A stretch of 63,582 nucleotides of DNA, counting the filler, from Bacteroidales bacterium (GTDB taxonomy: Bacteria; Bacteroidota; Bacteroidia; Bacteroidales; CAIWKO01): the NCBI GenBank assembly GCA_035389045.1. It is 4 parts of 4 records of this genome, joined end to end, with 100 filler letters (N's around TTAATTAATTAA, not from the genome) between each part and the next. Parts side by side here need not be neighbours in the genome. Positions count along the whole stretch, not along the records: positions 19,200 to 38,258 come from DAOORA010000076.1; positions 38,359 to 57,085 come from DAOORA010000077.1; 2 more parts are not named here. One strand, given 5' to 3'. Position numbers and translations under genes: made by a program. Positions 29,875-42,000 of the stretch are shown here, piece by piece (within the stretch, counting starts at the first letter, position 1; every line of letters begins with the position of its first letter). The notes under the pieces were generated by a model that saw only the letters and a program-made list of their open reading frames with translations, searched no databases and was not told the origin of the DNA.

Positions 29875-30735
29875 TCATTTTTCTTTCTTTACCAAATATT
29901 GATCGATGGCTTTTTTTGCAGCATCTGCACCAATAGCGATCAGTTTGTCCGCTTTATAAAAATCAAAAGTATTGGCAGAATCGCAAGGTATGTTTATCAA
30001 GATTTCTGGTTTATACTTTTCGATATTGAGTTTAACAATTTTATGTATCATGGCTGACGAACAGCTTCGCAGAAGAGAAACATACCCCGGATTGCGTGTG
30101 TCGTCAGACCCGGTATGTTTATAAATTTTATTCAGCAGTGTATTATGATGGATCCGTTTTTGCCTCGGTTTGATCAATTCACCATCCCTGTCTCCATATA
30201 AATTCACGACAATAAGAATATCGTTTTTTTTGCGGACAACATGCTCTGCAGGTACCGGGCTTAGCACGCCGCCGTCAACCAATACCGTATCTTCATGCTT
30301 TACCGACGTAAAAATTCCCGGAATAGCAATGGACGCTCTAACGGCATTATAAAAACTACCCTGTCTGAAAACAAAATCTCTTTCGTTAAGTATATCTGTT
30401 GCCACAGCCGCAAAGGGTATATTCATTTTTTCAATGTCCATGTCGGGAATGAACGTTTTCATTTTTTCGAGAACCCGATCTCCTTTTATTAATCCGCTGG
30501 TTTTCAGCGTAAAATCAATCAGCCCCCAAACGGCCTTTTTATCCAGGGTCCTCACCCATTCGCTGTATTCCTTCAGTCTTCCCATGGCATAAAGTCCGCC
30601 GACTATCGACCCGATAGAAGAACCTGCAACAGACGATATCCTGAATCCATATTCTTCCAGTTTGCCAACAGCACCGATCTGGGCAAGGCCTCTTGAGCCA
30701 CCGGCGGATAAGACCAATGCTGCTGAACGTTTCAT
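29875..30735 (-). CDS. Patatin-like phospholipase
   Basis: LSAGGSRGLAQIG oxyanion loop, GSSIG nucleophile, ASIAIPGIF, LVDGG. Confidence 0.93.
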   Translation of the reverse strand: MKRSAALVLSAGGSRGLAQIGAVGKLEEYGFRISSVAGSSIGSIVGGLYAMGRLKEYSEWVRTLDKKAVWGLIDFTLKTSGLIKGDRVLEKMKTFIPDMDIEKMNIPFAAVATDILNERDFVFRQGSFYNAVRASIAIPGIFTSVKHEDTVLVDGGVLSPVPAEHVVRKKNDILIVVNLYGDRDGELIKPRQKRIHHNTLLNKIYKHTGSDDTRNPGYVSLLRSCSSAMIHKIVKLNIEKYKPEILINIPCDSANTFDFYKADKLIAIGADAAKKAIDQYLVKKEK

Positions 30736-30854
30736 AAAAATTTGTTTATCCTGATCTGATATGTTTTCACAAATTAATATACTTGTTTGCCGGACATTCC
30801 GAACTAAGTTCCCCTTTGGCAGAATAACAGGACGGTTGCCGGCAGTTTATTACA

Positions 30855-31985
30855 TTATTTACAATGCTGTTCAATTATCAGATTCGCATCTGTCGCTCCC
30901 AGCTCAGATGATTTTTTAAAGTCCATGCAAGCGCTGTCTTTCATACCTGCCTCTAATTTTGCCAACCCGCGGTTGTAATAAGCCACAGCATAATCCGGAG
31001 AATATTCGATAGCTTCAGAATAATCAGCGATTGCGCCCGTATAGTCTTTGATGTTATATTTAACCAACCCCCGGTTATTGTATGCTTCGGCATACCGGGG
31101 ATTGATTTCAATAGCTTTGCTATAATCGGCGATGGCACCATTGTGATCCTTTTGTTCTTCCCTTGCCAGGCCTCTGTTATAATAGGCCTTCTCGTACTTC
31201 GGATCGATTTCAATAGCCTTGGTATAATCAGCTATTTCCCCCTCCGTATCCCTGAGTTTATAACTGGTTAAACCTCTGTTGTAATAGGCATCCGCATAAC
31301 GGGGGTTTATCTCAATGGCTTTTGTAAAATCAGTATTTGCTCCTTTGTAGTCCTTCAGGTCATATCTGGCATGAGCCCTGTTATAATATGCCTTTATGTC
31401 CGACGGATTATTTTCAATAGCTTTGGTAAAACTTTCCACAGCTCCCGAATAATCCTGAAGGTAATACTTTGCCACACCGATGTTATAATAAGCCGATGCA
31501 TATCCGGAGTCATTCTCTATGGCCCTGGTATAGTCTTCAATGGCGCCACTGTAATCTTTGAAACCTTCCTTCGACAGTGCCCTGTTATAATAGGCCGATG
31601 CAAACTTCGGGTTATATTCTATTGCCTTGTTATAGTCTTCTAACTCGCCCTTATAATCCTTTAAACTATACTTTGCCAGCCCCCTGTTATAATAGGCTGA
31701 TGCATATTCCGGTTTATACTCGATGGCCTTGTTATAGTCTTCGATTGCACCGCTGTAATCCTTGAGTTTATATCTGGCTAAACCCCTGCCATGGTATGAT
31801 GCAACATATTTTGAATCAATTTCTATGGCTTTGGTGTGGTCCGAAATAGCGCCGTTGTAATCTTTCTGCTTATACTTTGCCTGGCCGCTGTTATAATACT
31901 CCTCTTTAGTCTGCCCGTAACCGGCAGTTAAAATAAAGATGCAGCTGCAAAACAATACCGTCGTTAAGATTAGATTTTTTTTCAT
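30855..31985 (-). CDS. Secreted tetratricopeptide-repeat protein (about 10 TPRs)
   Basis: Signal peptide ending GYG-Q; 34-aa repeats AYYNRGLAKYxLKDYxGAIxDYxKAIE. Confidence 0.95.
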   Translation of the reverse strand: MKKNLILTTVLFCSCIFILTAGYGQTKEEYYNSGQAKYKQKDYNGAISDHTKAIEIDSKYVASYHGRGLARYKLKDYSGAIEDYNKAIEYKPEYASAYYNRGLAKYSLKDYKGELEDYNKAIEYNPKFASAYYNRALSKEGFKDYSGAIEDYTRAIENDSGYASAYYNIGVAKYYLQDYSGAVESFTKAIENNPSDIKAYYNRAHARYDLKDYKGANTDFTKAIEINPRYADAYYNRGLTSYKLRDTEGEIADYTKAIEIDPKYEKAYYNRGLAREEQKDHNGAIADYSKAIEINPRYAEAYNNRGLVKYNIKDYTGAIADYSEAIEYSPDYAVAYYNRGLAKLEAGMKDSACMDFKKSSELGATDANLIIEQHCK

Positions 31986-32195
31986 CTTTAGATACTCTAT
32001 TAATGAGGTTGCAATTTACAAAATATTCCCGAATAAGGTTGCTCCTGCTTGTAAAATCAAGACAAAAAAATCAAAGACACAATCTATCTATGCAAATAGA
32101 TTATTCCTTTTCAGACCTGTTTAAAAAAACTCAAGGTTTTACTGATCAATTTGTATATAAAAAACTATTTTTGTTAAAAAATAAAATCTTTTTTT

Positions 32196-34736
32196 ATGAA
32201 AAAATTATTACTGTTTGTATTGGTATTCTGCAATATACTTATGACAGGATACGCACAGGATAGCGAGGGTGGCATTCCGCCAAGTTTTGGAATAAAAAAC
32301 CTTTCCGGAGATATTGACATGGTCCGGATACAACAACCCGATCTGGTTCAACTGGCAGCCGAAGATATTGACCGTGCTTCAAAAAGCGAACCTTACCGCA
32401 TTGGTATCACTTTGCCGGTTGATCTTAGTATCAACAACGCCGGCACCTGGACTGATGTTCCCGGGCAGAATGCAAGTCTCTGGAGACTGACGGTTAAATC
32501 AGAAGGTGCACAGGCGATAGGTTTCGGCTATACTTCCTTTTATTTACCCGAAGGTGCAAAATTATTTTTATACAACAAAGACAGGTCAATGGTTATTGGC
32601 GCTTACACCTCACTGAATAATTCAGATAATTACTTTTTTGTGAATGAAAAAGTAAAAGGTGATGAGATTACCCTTGAATTATTTTTACCAAATGATAAAA
32701 GAAATGATGTGTTTTTGCACATTACCGATCTGAATTATTTCTACCGGCAGCCAGAAAACAGCATCACTAAACTTTCAGGATCCTGTGAGGTTAATGTCAT
32801 TTGTTCACCTGAAGGGGATAACTGGCAGGATGAAAAAAAAGGTGTCTGCAAGATCGATATAAAAAACGGTTCATACTGGTTTAACTGTAGCGGTTCTCTG
32901 GTTAACAACACCAGCCTGAACTGCACACCTTACGTGCTGTTGGCCGATCACTGCCATTACTACAGCGGATATCCTTCCACATCAGATTACAATTCCTGGG
33001 TATTTAATTTCCACTATGAATCTTCTACATGTTCAGGAACAACAGCAAGCGGAACATTCACCAAAACAGGCTGCACCCTGAAAGCTCACGACACCTACGG
33101 ACAAAATGATGTTGGTTCTGATTTTTGCCTGGTACAGATCAGCTCAGCCATTACACAAGATGTTTATTATAACGGGTGGGATCGAAATAACACGGCCAGT
33201 GCAAGCGGCGTTAGCATTCATCATCCTGATGGAGATATCATGAAAATTTCCACATATACTTCGGCTCTAACATCTGTTGATTATGGAGGAACAGGCACGC
33301 ACTGGCGTGTAGTATGGGCGGCAACAACCAATGGCCATGGCGTTACCGAACAGGGGTCTTCCGGCTCCCCGATCTTTAACAGCACAGGAAAAATCGTCGG
33401 AACTTTGACCGGTGGTAGTTCTTACTGCTCAACGCCCACTAATCCCGATTATTATGGAAAAATGTACTATCATTGGGATCAAAACGGCACAACTTCTGCT
33501 AAACGATTAAAAGACTGGCTGGATCCTACAAATACTGGTGCTACATCGTTAGCCGGAATAGCTTCCTGTTCATCCTGCACTCCGCCCAGCACGCAGGCAA
33601 CCTCATTTACCTCATCTTCCCTCACCAATACGTCCATGACCGTTGGCTGGACCCGTGGAAACGGCACCGGAGGTGTAATCGTGGTTGCAAGAGCCGGGAG
33701 CGCTGTAAATGCCAACCCTGTGAACGGAACCAATTACACCGCCAGTGCAACTTTTGGCAGCGGCACACAAATCGGTACGGCAAATTATGTTGTATACAAA
33801 GGTACAGGTACTTCGGTAAATGTTACCGGATTATCGGCTGGCACAGCATATTATTATGCAGTGTATGAGTATAACACCACCGGTATCTGTTATAAAACAC
33901 CCGCACTGACCGGTAATGCAACAACCACTGGCACCGTGGTCACTACTTGTGACACCCTGACAAACATTCTTCCAACAGATACGCTGACCCTTTATGGGTT
34001 CTCAGGCACCAACTGGGGAACATGGACCGGTCATAACTCGTATTCATTTTCTGAATTTGCCGAGCATTATTCAGGACTGACATCCGGCAGCATTTCAGGC
34101 CTTGAAGTATTTGTTGGGACAGCCTTTAGCGGGGCAATCGGCGGAAACCATAAAGTTACCTTTAACGTTTACCAGGGGGGCACAACACCCGGAACTGTAT
34201 TGGGTTCAAAAGATGTTGCCATTACAACTCTTACTGAATATTCCATAAATTATATCCTATTCACCTCGCCTGTTGCTTTTACAGGAACAGATATATACGT
34301 CGGGTATACCATTTATTATAATTCTCCCGCCGATACGTTCAATGTGGCTCAGACAACATCAAGCCTCACAAATTCAGGTTTTGTAAAATACAACGGATCG
34401 TGGTTTACCTTTCCCGGCCTTACCAGCAATTCCCTTATTTCAGCAATTTATGTATCTCCAATAATCTGTTCACCTGTAACAGAAGTCGCAGACAATGAGA
34501 CGTCCGACCTATTTAATGTGTATCCCAATCCTGTTTCCGACGAACTGATCATTGAACCCGGCGAGTATAACGAATCCATTGATTATGAGATATACAATAC
34601 TATGGGAACTGTTGTTTTCAAAGGAAAAGTTATGCAAAAAACCAAGGTACCTATGAACAGTTTTGCGTCCGGCGTCTATCTTATTAAATTCAACACAGGA
34701 AAATCATTTGAAATTAAGAAAATTATTAAAAAATAA
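32196..34736 (+). CDS. T9SS type-A trypsin-like serine protease (lysyl endopeptidase-like) with an FN3-like domain
   Basis: CSGSLVNN, LADHC (His), GSDFCL (Asp), TEQGSSGSP (Ser), VGTLTGG; GLSAGTAYYYAVYEYN; CTD VYPNPV..GVYLIK..KKIIKK. Confidence 0.92.
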   Translation: MKKLLLFVLVFCNILMTGYAQDSEGGIPPSFGIKNLSGDIDMVRIQQPDLVQLAAEDIDRASKSEPYRIGITLPVDLSINNAGTWTDVPGQNASLWRLTVKSEGAQAIGFGYTSFYLPEGAKLFLYNKDRSMVIGAYTSLNNSDNYFFVNEKVKGDEITLELFLPNDKRNDVFLHITDLNYFYRQPENSITKLSGSCEVNVICSPEGDNWQDEKKGVCKIDIKNGSYWFNCSGSLVNNTSLNCTPYVLLADHCHYYSGYPSTSDYNSWVFNFHYESSTCSGTTASGTFTKTGCTLKAHDTYGQNDVGSDFCLVQISSAITQDVYYNGWDRNNTASASGVSIHHPDGDIMKISTYTSALTSVDYGGTGTHWRVVWAATTNGHGVTEQGSSGSPIFNSTGKIVGTLTGGSSYCSTPTNPDYYGKMYYHWDQNGTTSAKRLKDWLDPTNTGATSLAGIASCSSCTPPSTQATSFTSSSLTNTSMTVGWTRGNGTGGVIVVARAGSAVNANPVNGTNYTASATFGSGTQIGTANYVVYKGTGTSVNVTGLSAGTAYYYAVYEYNTTGICYKTPALTGNATTTGTVVTTCDTLTNILPTDTLTLYGFSGTNWGTWTGHNSYSFSEFAEHYSGLTSGSISGLEVFVGTAFSGAIGGNHKVTFNVYQGGTTPGTVLGSKDVAITTLTEYSINYILFTSPVAFTGTDIYVGYTIYYNSPADTFNVAQTTSSLTNSGFVKYNGSWFTFPGLTSNSLISAIYVSPIICSPVTEVADNETSDLFNVYPNPVSDELIIEPGEYNESIDYEIYNTMGTVVFKGKVMQKTKVPMNSFASGVYLIKFNTGKSFEIKKIIKK

Positions 34737-34821
34737 ATTCAGAGATATTGACCGTGTAAAATATCTTGTGAGGCACCATCTATGATTTTAACTATAAATA
34801 CTGATTAATCATTCAGAAAAA

Positions 34822-34856
34822 AACGGCCTTGTAAAACAATGTTTTACAAGGCCGTT
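34822..34856. repeat. 17-bp perfect inverted repeat with a 1-nt centre between the tandem protease genes
   Basis: AACGGCCTTGTAAAACA-a-TGTTTTACAAGGCCGTT; A-tract on the left side only. Confidence 0.8.
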
Positions 34857-34960
34857 GCCTTAATAATTATCAGGTCTTCCGAAATAAAACAAAAAAACAT
34901 CTGTTTATACTTCATTTTTAAAACAAACCAGACTCTAACGAATTTTTAAAAACCACCATC

Positions 34961-37900
34961 ATGAAAAAGTTCATTCTGATCGTTATCATCCTCTGTTACG
35001 GAGTGATTACAACCTTTGCCCAGGATAGTCAGGGCGGAGTACCGCCAAGTTTCGAATTAAAAAATATTTCTCAGGATATTGATCTTGTTCAGGTGCAGCC
35101 ACCCGACATGGCGCTGCTTATGGAGGAAGATAATGACCGAGCAGCAAAAAGCGAACCTTATCGTATCGGCATCACCCTGCCTGTGGATTTAAGTATCATC
35201 AATTCAGGCACCTGGACTGAGGCCCCCAGCCAAAACGCAAATATCTGGAGACTTACAGTTAAATCTGAAGGCGCCAAAGCTATTGGTTTGGGCTATGCTT
35301 CCTTTTATTTACCTGAGGGTGCAAAATTATTTCTATATAATAAAGACAGGTCAATGGTCATTGGCGCCTACACTTCGCTGAATAATTCAGATAATTACTT
35401 TTTTGTGAATGAAAAGGTAAAAGGTGATGAGATCACCCTTGAATTGTTTCTGCCGAATGAGATAAAAAACAATGTGTTCTTGCACATAACCGAATTGAAT
35501 TATTTTTACCGGCAGCCTGAAAACAATATGGCAAAACTTTCCGGCTCCTGCGAGGTTAATATTAATTGTTCTCCCGAAGGAGATAACTGGCAGGATGAAA
35601 AAAAAGGCGTATGCCTGATTGATATCAAAAATGGTTCATACTGGTTCAACTGTAGCGGTTCGCTGGTCAACAACACCAGCCTGAACTGTACTCCCTATGT
35701 GCTGCTGGCGGATCACTGCCATTATTACAATGGATATCCATCATCCTCTGATTACAATTCATGGGTATTTAATTTCCACTATGAATCTTCCACATGCGCA
35801 GGAACAACAGCAAGCGGAACATTCACCAAAACCGGCTGCACTCTGAAAGCTCACGACACCTATGGACAAAATGATGTTGGTTCTGATTTTTGCCTGGTAC
35901 AGATCAGCTCGGCCATCACTCAGGATGTTTACTATAACGGATGGGACCGTAATAACACTGCAAGTGCAAGCGGCGTAGGCATTCACCATCCTGATGCCGA
36001 CATCATGAAAATTTCAACATATACCTCGGCGCTGACATCTTATAATTATGGAGGCACAGGCACGCACTGGCGCGTAGTTTGGGCGGCAACCACCAATGGT
36101 CACGGAGTTACCGAACAGGGTTCTTCCGGCTCCCCGATTTTTAACAGCACCGGAAAAATCGTCGGTACTTTGACCGGTGGCAGTTCCTACTGTTCAACCC
36201 CCACGAATCCGGATTATTATGGAAAAGTTTACTATCATTGGGATCAAAACGGCACCACTGCTGATAAAAGATTAAAGGACTGGCTGGATCCAACAAATAC
36301 AGGCGCTACATCATTGGCCGGGATGGCTTCCTGTTCATCCTGCACCCCTCCTACTACTCAGGCAACCTCTTTTACGTCATCCTCTGTAACAAACACGTCC
36401 ATGACTGTTGGATGGACACGGGGAAACGGCACCGGAGGTGTTATCGTTGTAGCAAGAGCCGGGAGCGCAGTCAATGCCAACCCCGTAAACGGAACTTCGT
36501 ACACTGCCAGTGCCACGTTTGGCAGTGGTACACAAATAGGCACGGCAAATTATGTTGTTTACAAAGGTACAGGTACTTCGGTAAATGTTACCGGATTATC
36601 GGCTGGCACAGCATATTATTATGCAGTTTATGAGTATAACACTACCGGCACTTGTTATAAAACACCGGCGCTGACCGGGAATGCAACCACCACGGGATCC
36701 TCCGGCACCACTTGTGATACACTGACCAACATACTTCCCACCGATACACTCACTCTTTATGGTTTTGGCGGTAGTAACTGGGGAACCTGGACAGGGCATA
36801 ACTCCTATTCATTTTCTGAATTTGCAGAGCATTACACCGGCGTAACATCTTCGAGTATTTCCGGCCTTGAAGTATTCGTTGGAACAGCCTTTAGCGGAGC
36901 AACAGGCGGAAATCATAAAGTCACATTTAATGTATATCAGGGCGGCACTACCCCCGGAACTGTTTTGGGATCAACCGATGTGGCATTGACAACCTTAAAT
37001 GATTATGCCATAAATTATATAACATTCCCCACGCCGGTTGCTTTTACTGGAACTGACGTATATGTCGGCTATACTATTTATTATAACACTCCTGCGGACA
37101 CGTTCAATGTGGCACAAACAACATCAAGTCTTACCAATTCAGGATTTGTAAAATACAGCGGCTCCTGGTATTCATTTTCTGCCCTCACCGGGAATGCCCT
37201 CGTTTCCGCCATATATGTTTCTCCGATCATCTGTACCAGTTGCAATCTCCCTGCCGCAGCAGGCTCCATTACCGGCTCTCCATCGGTATGCCAGGGACAA
37301 AACAACGTGGCCTACACGGTACCTGCCATAACAGATGCTTCGAGCTATATCTGGTCATACTCCGGTACCGGAGCTACCATTTCAGGATCCTCTAACTCCG
37401 TGAGCATCAATTTTTCAGCTTCAGCAACATCGGGAAATCTGACAGTCATGGGAACTAATGCCTGTGGCAACGGACCTGTATCTGCAAATTACCCTGTTAG
37501 CGTAAACCCCACACCTACCGTGACGGTTCCGGCTAATATCTCTGTCTGTAATAACGGGGCTGTCGCTGCAACCAGTTTTACCAGTACTCCCACCGGCGGC
37601 ACATTTACCTGGACCAATTCCAATACCGCTATCGGCTTGGCGGCCAGCGGTTCCGGAAACATTGCATCGTTTACAGCCGCCAACACCGGTACGACACCAA
37701 TTTCTTCCACCATCACTGTTACTCCTTATTTAAATGGATGTGTTGGCACACCGTCATCCTATACTATTACTGTAAACCCCACGCCTACAGTCACGGTTCC
37801 GGCTAATATCTCTGTCTGTAATAACGGGGCTGTCGCTGCAACCAGTTTTACCAGTACTCCCACCGGCGGCACCTTTACATGGACCAATTCCAATACCGCT

Positions 37901-38258
37901 ATCGGCCTTGCCGCCAGCGGCACCGGGAACATCGCTGCGTTTACAGCCACCAATACCGGTACGACATCGATTTCGGCTACAATAACTGTAACACCGACGG
38001 TAAACGGTTGTGCCGGAACGCCTTCTTCCTATACCATTACCGTTAAACCCACTCCTACAGTCACGGTTCCGGCTAATATCTCTGTCTGTAATAACGGGAC
38101 TGTCGCTGCAACCAGTTTTACCAGTACTCCCACCGGCGGCACCTTTACATGGACCAATTCCAATACCGCTATCGGCCTTGCCGCCAGCGGCACCGGGAAC
38201 ATCGCTGCGTTTACAGCCACCAATACCGGTACGACATCGATTTCGGCTACAATAACTG
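34961..38258 (+). CDS. Paralogous trypsin-like serine protease extended by 90-aa PKD-like repeats; 3' end lost in the gap
   Basis: Nearly colinear with the 32196 protein up to IYVSPIIC, then an Ig/PKD-like unit and 270-nt repeats; the stop in the ORF track comes from the linker. Confidence 0.9.
37502..38258 (+). repeat. Near-identical 270-bp coding tandem repeats (at least 2.8 units)
   Basis: Units start at 37502, 37772 and 38042; long identical stretches between units 2 and 3. Confidence 0.92.
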
Positions 38259-38358
38259 NNNNNNNNNNNNNNNNNNNNNNNNNNNNNNNNNNNNNNNNNN
38301 NNTTAATTAATTAANNNNNNNNNNNNNNNNNNNNNNNNNNNNNNNNNNNNNNNNNNNN
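38259..38358. other. Artificial assembly linker
   Basis: N run containing TTAATTAATTAA at 38303-38314. Confidence 0.97.
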
Positions 38359-38360
38359 TG

Positions 38361-38453
38361 AACAAATGCGTCAATGGCGTGGAGTGTACCGAAGAAGAAT
38401 TCCAGATGAACCGTAGAACAGAATTCAAAGTTACCAGCATCGGGAAAAAATAA
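38361..38453 (+). CDS. 3' end of an OmpA-family (PorE-like) peptidoglycan-binding protein; 5' part missing
   Basis: Hand translation NKCVNGVECTEEEFQMNRRTEFKVTSIGKK*; NRRTEF preceded by a CxxGxxC loop is the typical Bacteroidota OmpA C-terminus. Confidence 0.85.
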   Translation, partial: NKCVNGVECTEEEFQMNRRTEFKVTSIGKK

Positions 38454-39098
38454 AGGGAGCTGTCAAACAGTATATTACAAGCACTTTTTAATAATATCGC
38501 TAAGTTCAGGAAGATATTTCTTTTGATCCAATTGCTGTGTTAATTTTTCTGATATTGCTTCACAAAAAGCTATAACACCAAATTGTCAGAGATTCATTAC
38601 CTTTCAGGATATATTTGCTGGAAAATAAAAATTCATATTCATTATAACGAATTTTTTATGATAGTAAAACTACTTATTTGAATTTATTATCCATAGGCAT
38701 AAACACTACTCGAATCACTCTATAATACCAAAATTTTAAAATATTTATTAAACTAATACATATAATTAAAATGAAAAATAATACAAAACCATAAAATATA
38801 ATGCATTAGTTACTACTAAAAAAAATTTAGAAAGGTAAAAATCAACTGTCATAAAAATAGTAATGAAAAATAAGAATTCCAATAAGTTAAATGATAATTC
38901 TTATATAATTTTTTATAGTATATTATAGTATAAATCATGTTTTATTTAATTATCAAAAAAGAATAGTTAGATAAGCTAATTTATTTAACAAAAAATACTT
39001 ACTTTTATCCTTATTTTCGAGATTATTACAAGTATTTTGACGATAAAATACGTTATATACAGAAGCTATGATTATTATTATAAAACCAAATACGATCC

Positions 39099-42000
39099 AT
39101 GAAAAAAGCCATACTCTTTTTTACATTTTTTTTATTATTAATAATCTTTCCAAACCCAAGAGTTTATGGACAACCGGGATGTGCCAGTGTGACCATAACC
39201 ACAAATGGAGGGAACGATTTTATATTGCCTTGTCTTCAGTCTTGTACAACTTTAGAAGCAATTGCAATTCAAACCAGTGGCCAGACAAGTACATATTCGG
39301 TTTCTGCCGTTCCATATGCTCCTCCCTATCCATACGACACAGGGACTCCAATTTTAGTAAATATTGATGATAGGTGGAGCAGTGTCATAAATCTGCCTTT
39401 TACTTTCTGTTTTTATGGAATCAGTCATAATCAAATAATTGCCGGTTCAAATGGTGTTGTTTCGTTTGATGTATGGCAGGCGACAGGTTATTGCAACTAT
39501 GCTTTTATTGATTCATGTCCATCCCCTAGCTTGATTTTAAATGCTATTTATGGTGTTTATCACGATATTGACCCTACGGATACGGGAAGGTTGTATTACG
39601 CAATTCTTGGAGAATATCCCTGTAGGACTTTTGTTGTTAACTGGGATCAAATGCCCATGTTTTATAATCCTAATGAATGCGATTGTGACACCATGAGAGC
39701 AACGCACCAGATTGTTTTATACGAAACTTCAAATATTATAGAAGTATATATTAAGAACAAACCATTATGCAGTTGCTCGAACAATGGAAACGCTATTGTA
39801 GGGATTCAGAACGCAACTGGAACTCAGGGCCTTACAGCTCCCGGACGTAATACTATTCCTTTGTGGAGCGCTCAGAATGAAGCTTGGCGGTTTACGCCCA
39901 CAGGTTCATCGGTTGTTGGAATTGAATGGTATGAAGGAGGTAGTCTGATAGGGTCAGGAAATTCAATTCAGGTTTGTCCTACGAATAACACCACATATAC
40001 AGCACAAGCTGATTACAGTACCTGTACAGGAATACCAGTCACTGTTGATGATGAGATAACTATCAATATGTCAGCCAGCAGTACAAACCTTGCTCCGGTA
40101 AATCCCATTATTTGCAAAGGAGATTCTATCAATCTGACGGCTGCCGGTTCCAGCAATTTTGTCTGGAGCCCGTCAGACGGATTGAATCATACTACAGGAA
40201 CTTCTGTTAATGCTTCTCCAACTTCCACCACTACCTACACTGTAACAGGTTCAAATCCGGGTTGTACAACAACAAACTCCATAACTGTAACAGTAAATCC
40301 CAAACCTGTTATTACAAATATGGCTGTTACAATATGTAGCGGTGGTTCGTTTTCAGTAACTCCGGTTAATGGTATTAACGGAACAGTTCCTTCCGGAACT
40401 GTTTATAGTTGGCCTAGTCCATTTGTAACTGGAATTACCGGTACCAGTACAGGATCAAATGCTGTGAATGTTAGTGGCACATTGACTAATATCACAAATG
40501 CTCCAATAAATGTTATTTATACCGTTATACCAACTTCAGGAAGCTGTAATGGCTCTGCTTTTTACCTTACAGTCACTGTAAACCCGACTCCAACAGTAAA
40601 CGACCCTTCAGATCAGGTGGTATGCCATGGTTCGGGTACAACAGTTGTTAATTTTAGTGGCACGGTGACAGGAAGTATATTCAACTGGACAAATAGTAAT
40701 ACCGGTATCGGATTATCTGCCAGCGGATCAGGAGATATAGCATCATTTACCGCTATCAATNNNNNNNNNNNNNNNNNNNNNNNNNNNNNNNNNNNNNNNN
40801 NNNNNNNNNNNNNNNNNNNNNNNNNNNNNNNNNNNNNNNNNNNNNNNNNNNNNNNNNNNNCCAGCACGCCTGCCGGAGGAACGTTTTCGTGGACCAACTC
40901 AAATACTGCTATCGGAATTGCAGCAAGCGGAACCGGCGATATCCCTGCTTTCACCGCTACAAACACTGGAACAAGCCCGATCATGGCCACCGTGACGGTG
41001 ATACCCATCGTAAACAGTTGCCCGGGGACTCCTTCATCTTATACAATCGCTGTAAATCCCACACCTACGGTTACTGTTCCGGCAAATATCACTATATGCA
41101 ATAATGGAAATGTGCCTGCGTCAAACTTTACAAGCACTCCCACCGGTGGAACATTCACCTGGACCAATTCCAATACCGCTATTGGTTTATCTGCCAACGG
41201 ATCAGGGGATATTGCTGCATTTACTGCATCCAATTCGGGAACAAGCCCTATATCGGCAACTATTACTGTTACTCCCTTTGTGAACAATTGTACCGGAATC
41301 CCTTCCACTTATACCATTACTGTGAATCCAAGTCCAACAGTTACTGTTCCTGCTGACATTACTGTATGTAATAATGGTTCTGTAATTACAACTAATTTTA
41401 CCAGCACACCAACCGGTGGAACGTTTTCGTGGACCAACTCAAATACCACTATCGGATTATCTGCCAGCGGATCAGGAGATATAGCATCATTTACCGCTAT
41501 CAATATAGGTGTAAGCCCTATATCAGCAACCATTACCGTTGTTCCTAGTGTGAACAACTGCACCGGAGCCCCATCCACTTATACCATTACCGTGAATCCT
41601 ACGCCAACGGTTACTGTTCCTGCAAACATCACAATTTGTAATAACGACACTGTACCAGCTACAAACTTTACCAGCACACCTGCAGGTGGAACCTTCTCGT
41701 GGATCAATTCCAATACCGCTATCGGTTTGTCTGCCAGCGGAACAGGAGATATTGTCTCATTTACGGCTACAAATACCGGAACAAGTTCTATATCGGCCAC
41801 CATCACTGTGACACCCAGTGTGAACAACTGCAACGGAACCCCATCCACTTATACTATTACCGTGAATCCTACACCGACAGTTATTGTTCCTGCAAACATC
41901 ACCGTTTGTAACAATGGGTCTGTACCTTCAACAAACTTTACCAGCACACCTGCCGGAGGAACATTCTCGTGGACCAATTCCAATACCGCTATCGGTTTGT

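Noticed and set aside
30855..31985. Regular ~102-nt periodic repeats that could suggest a CRISPR-like array
   Set aside because: They are in-frame, degenerate 34-aa TPR codons with no constant repeat and unique spacer structure.
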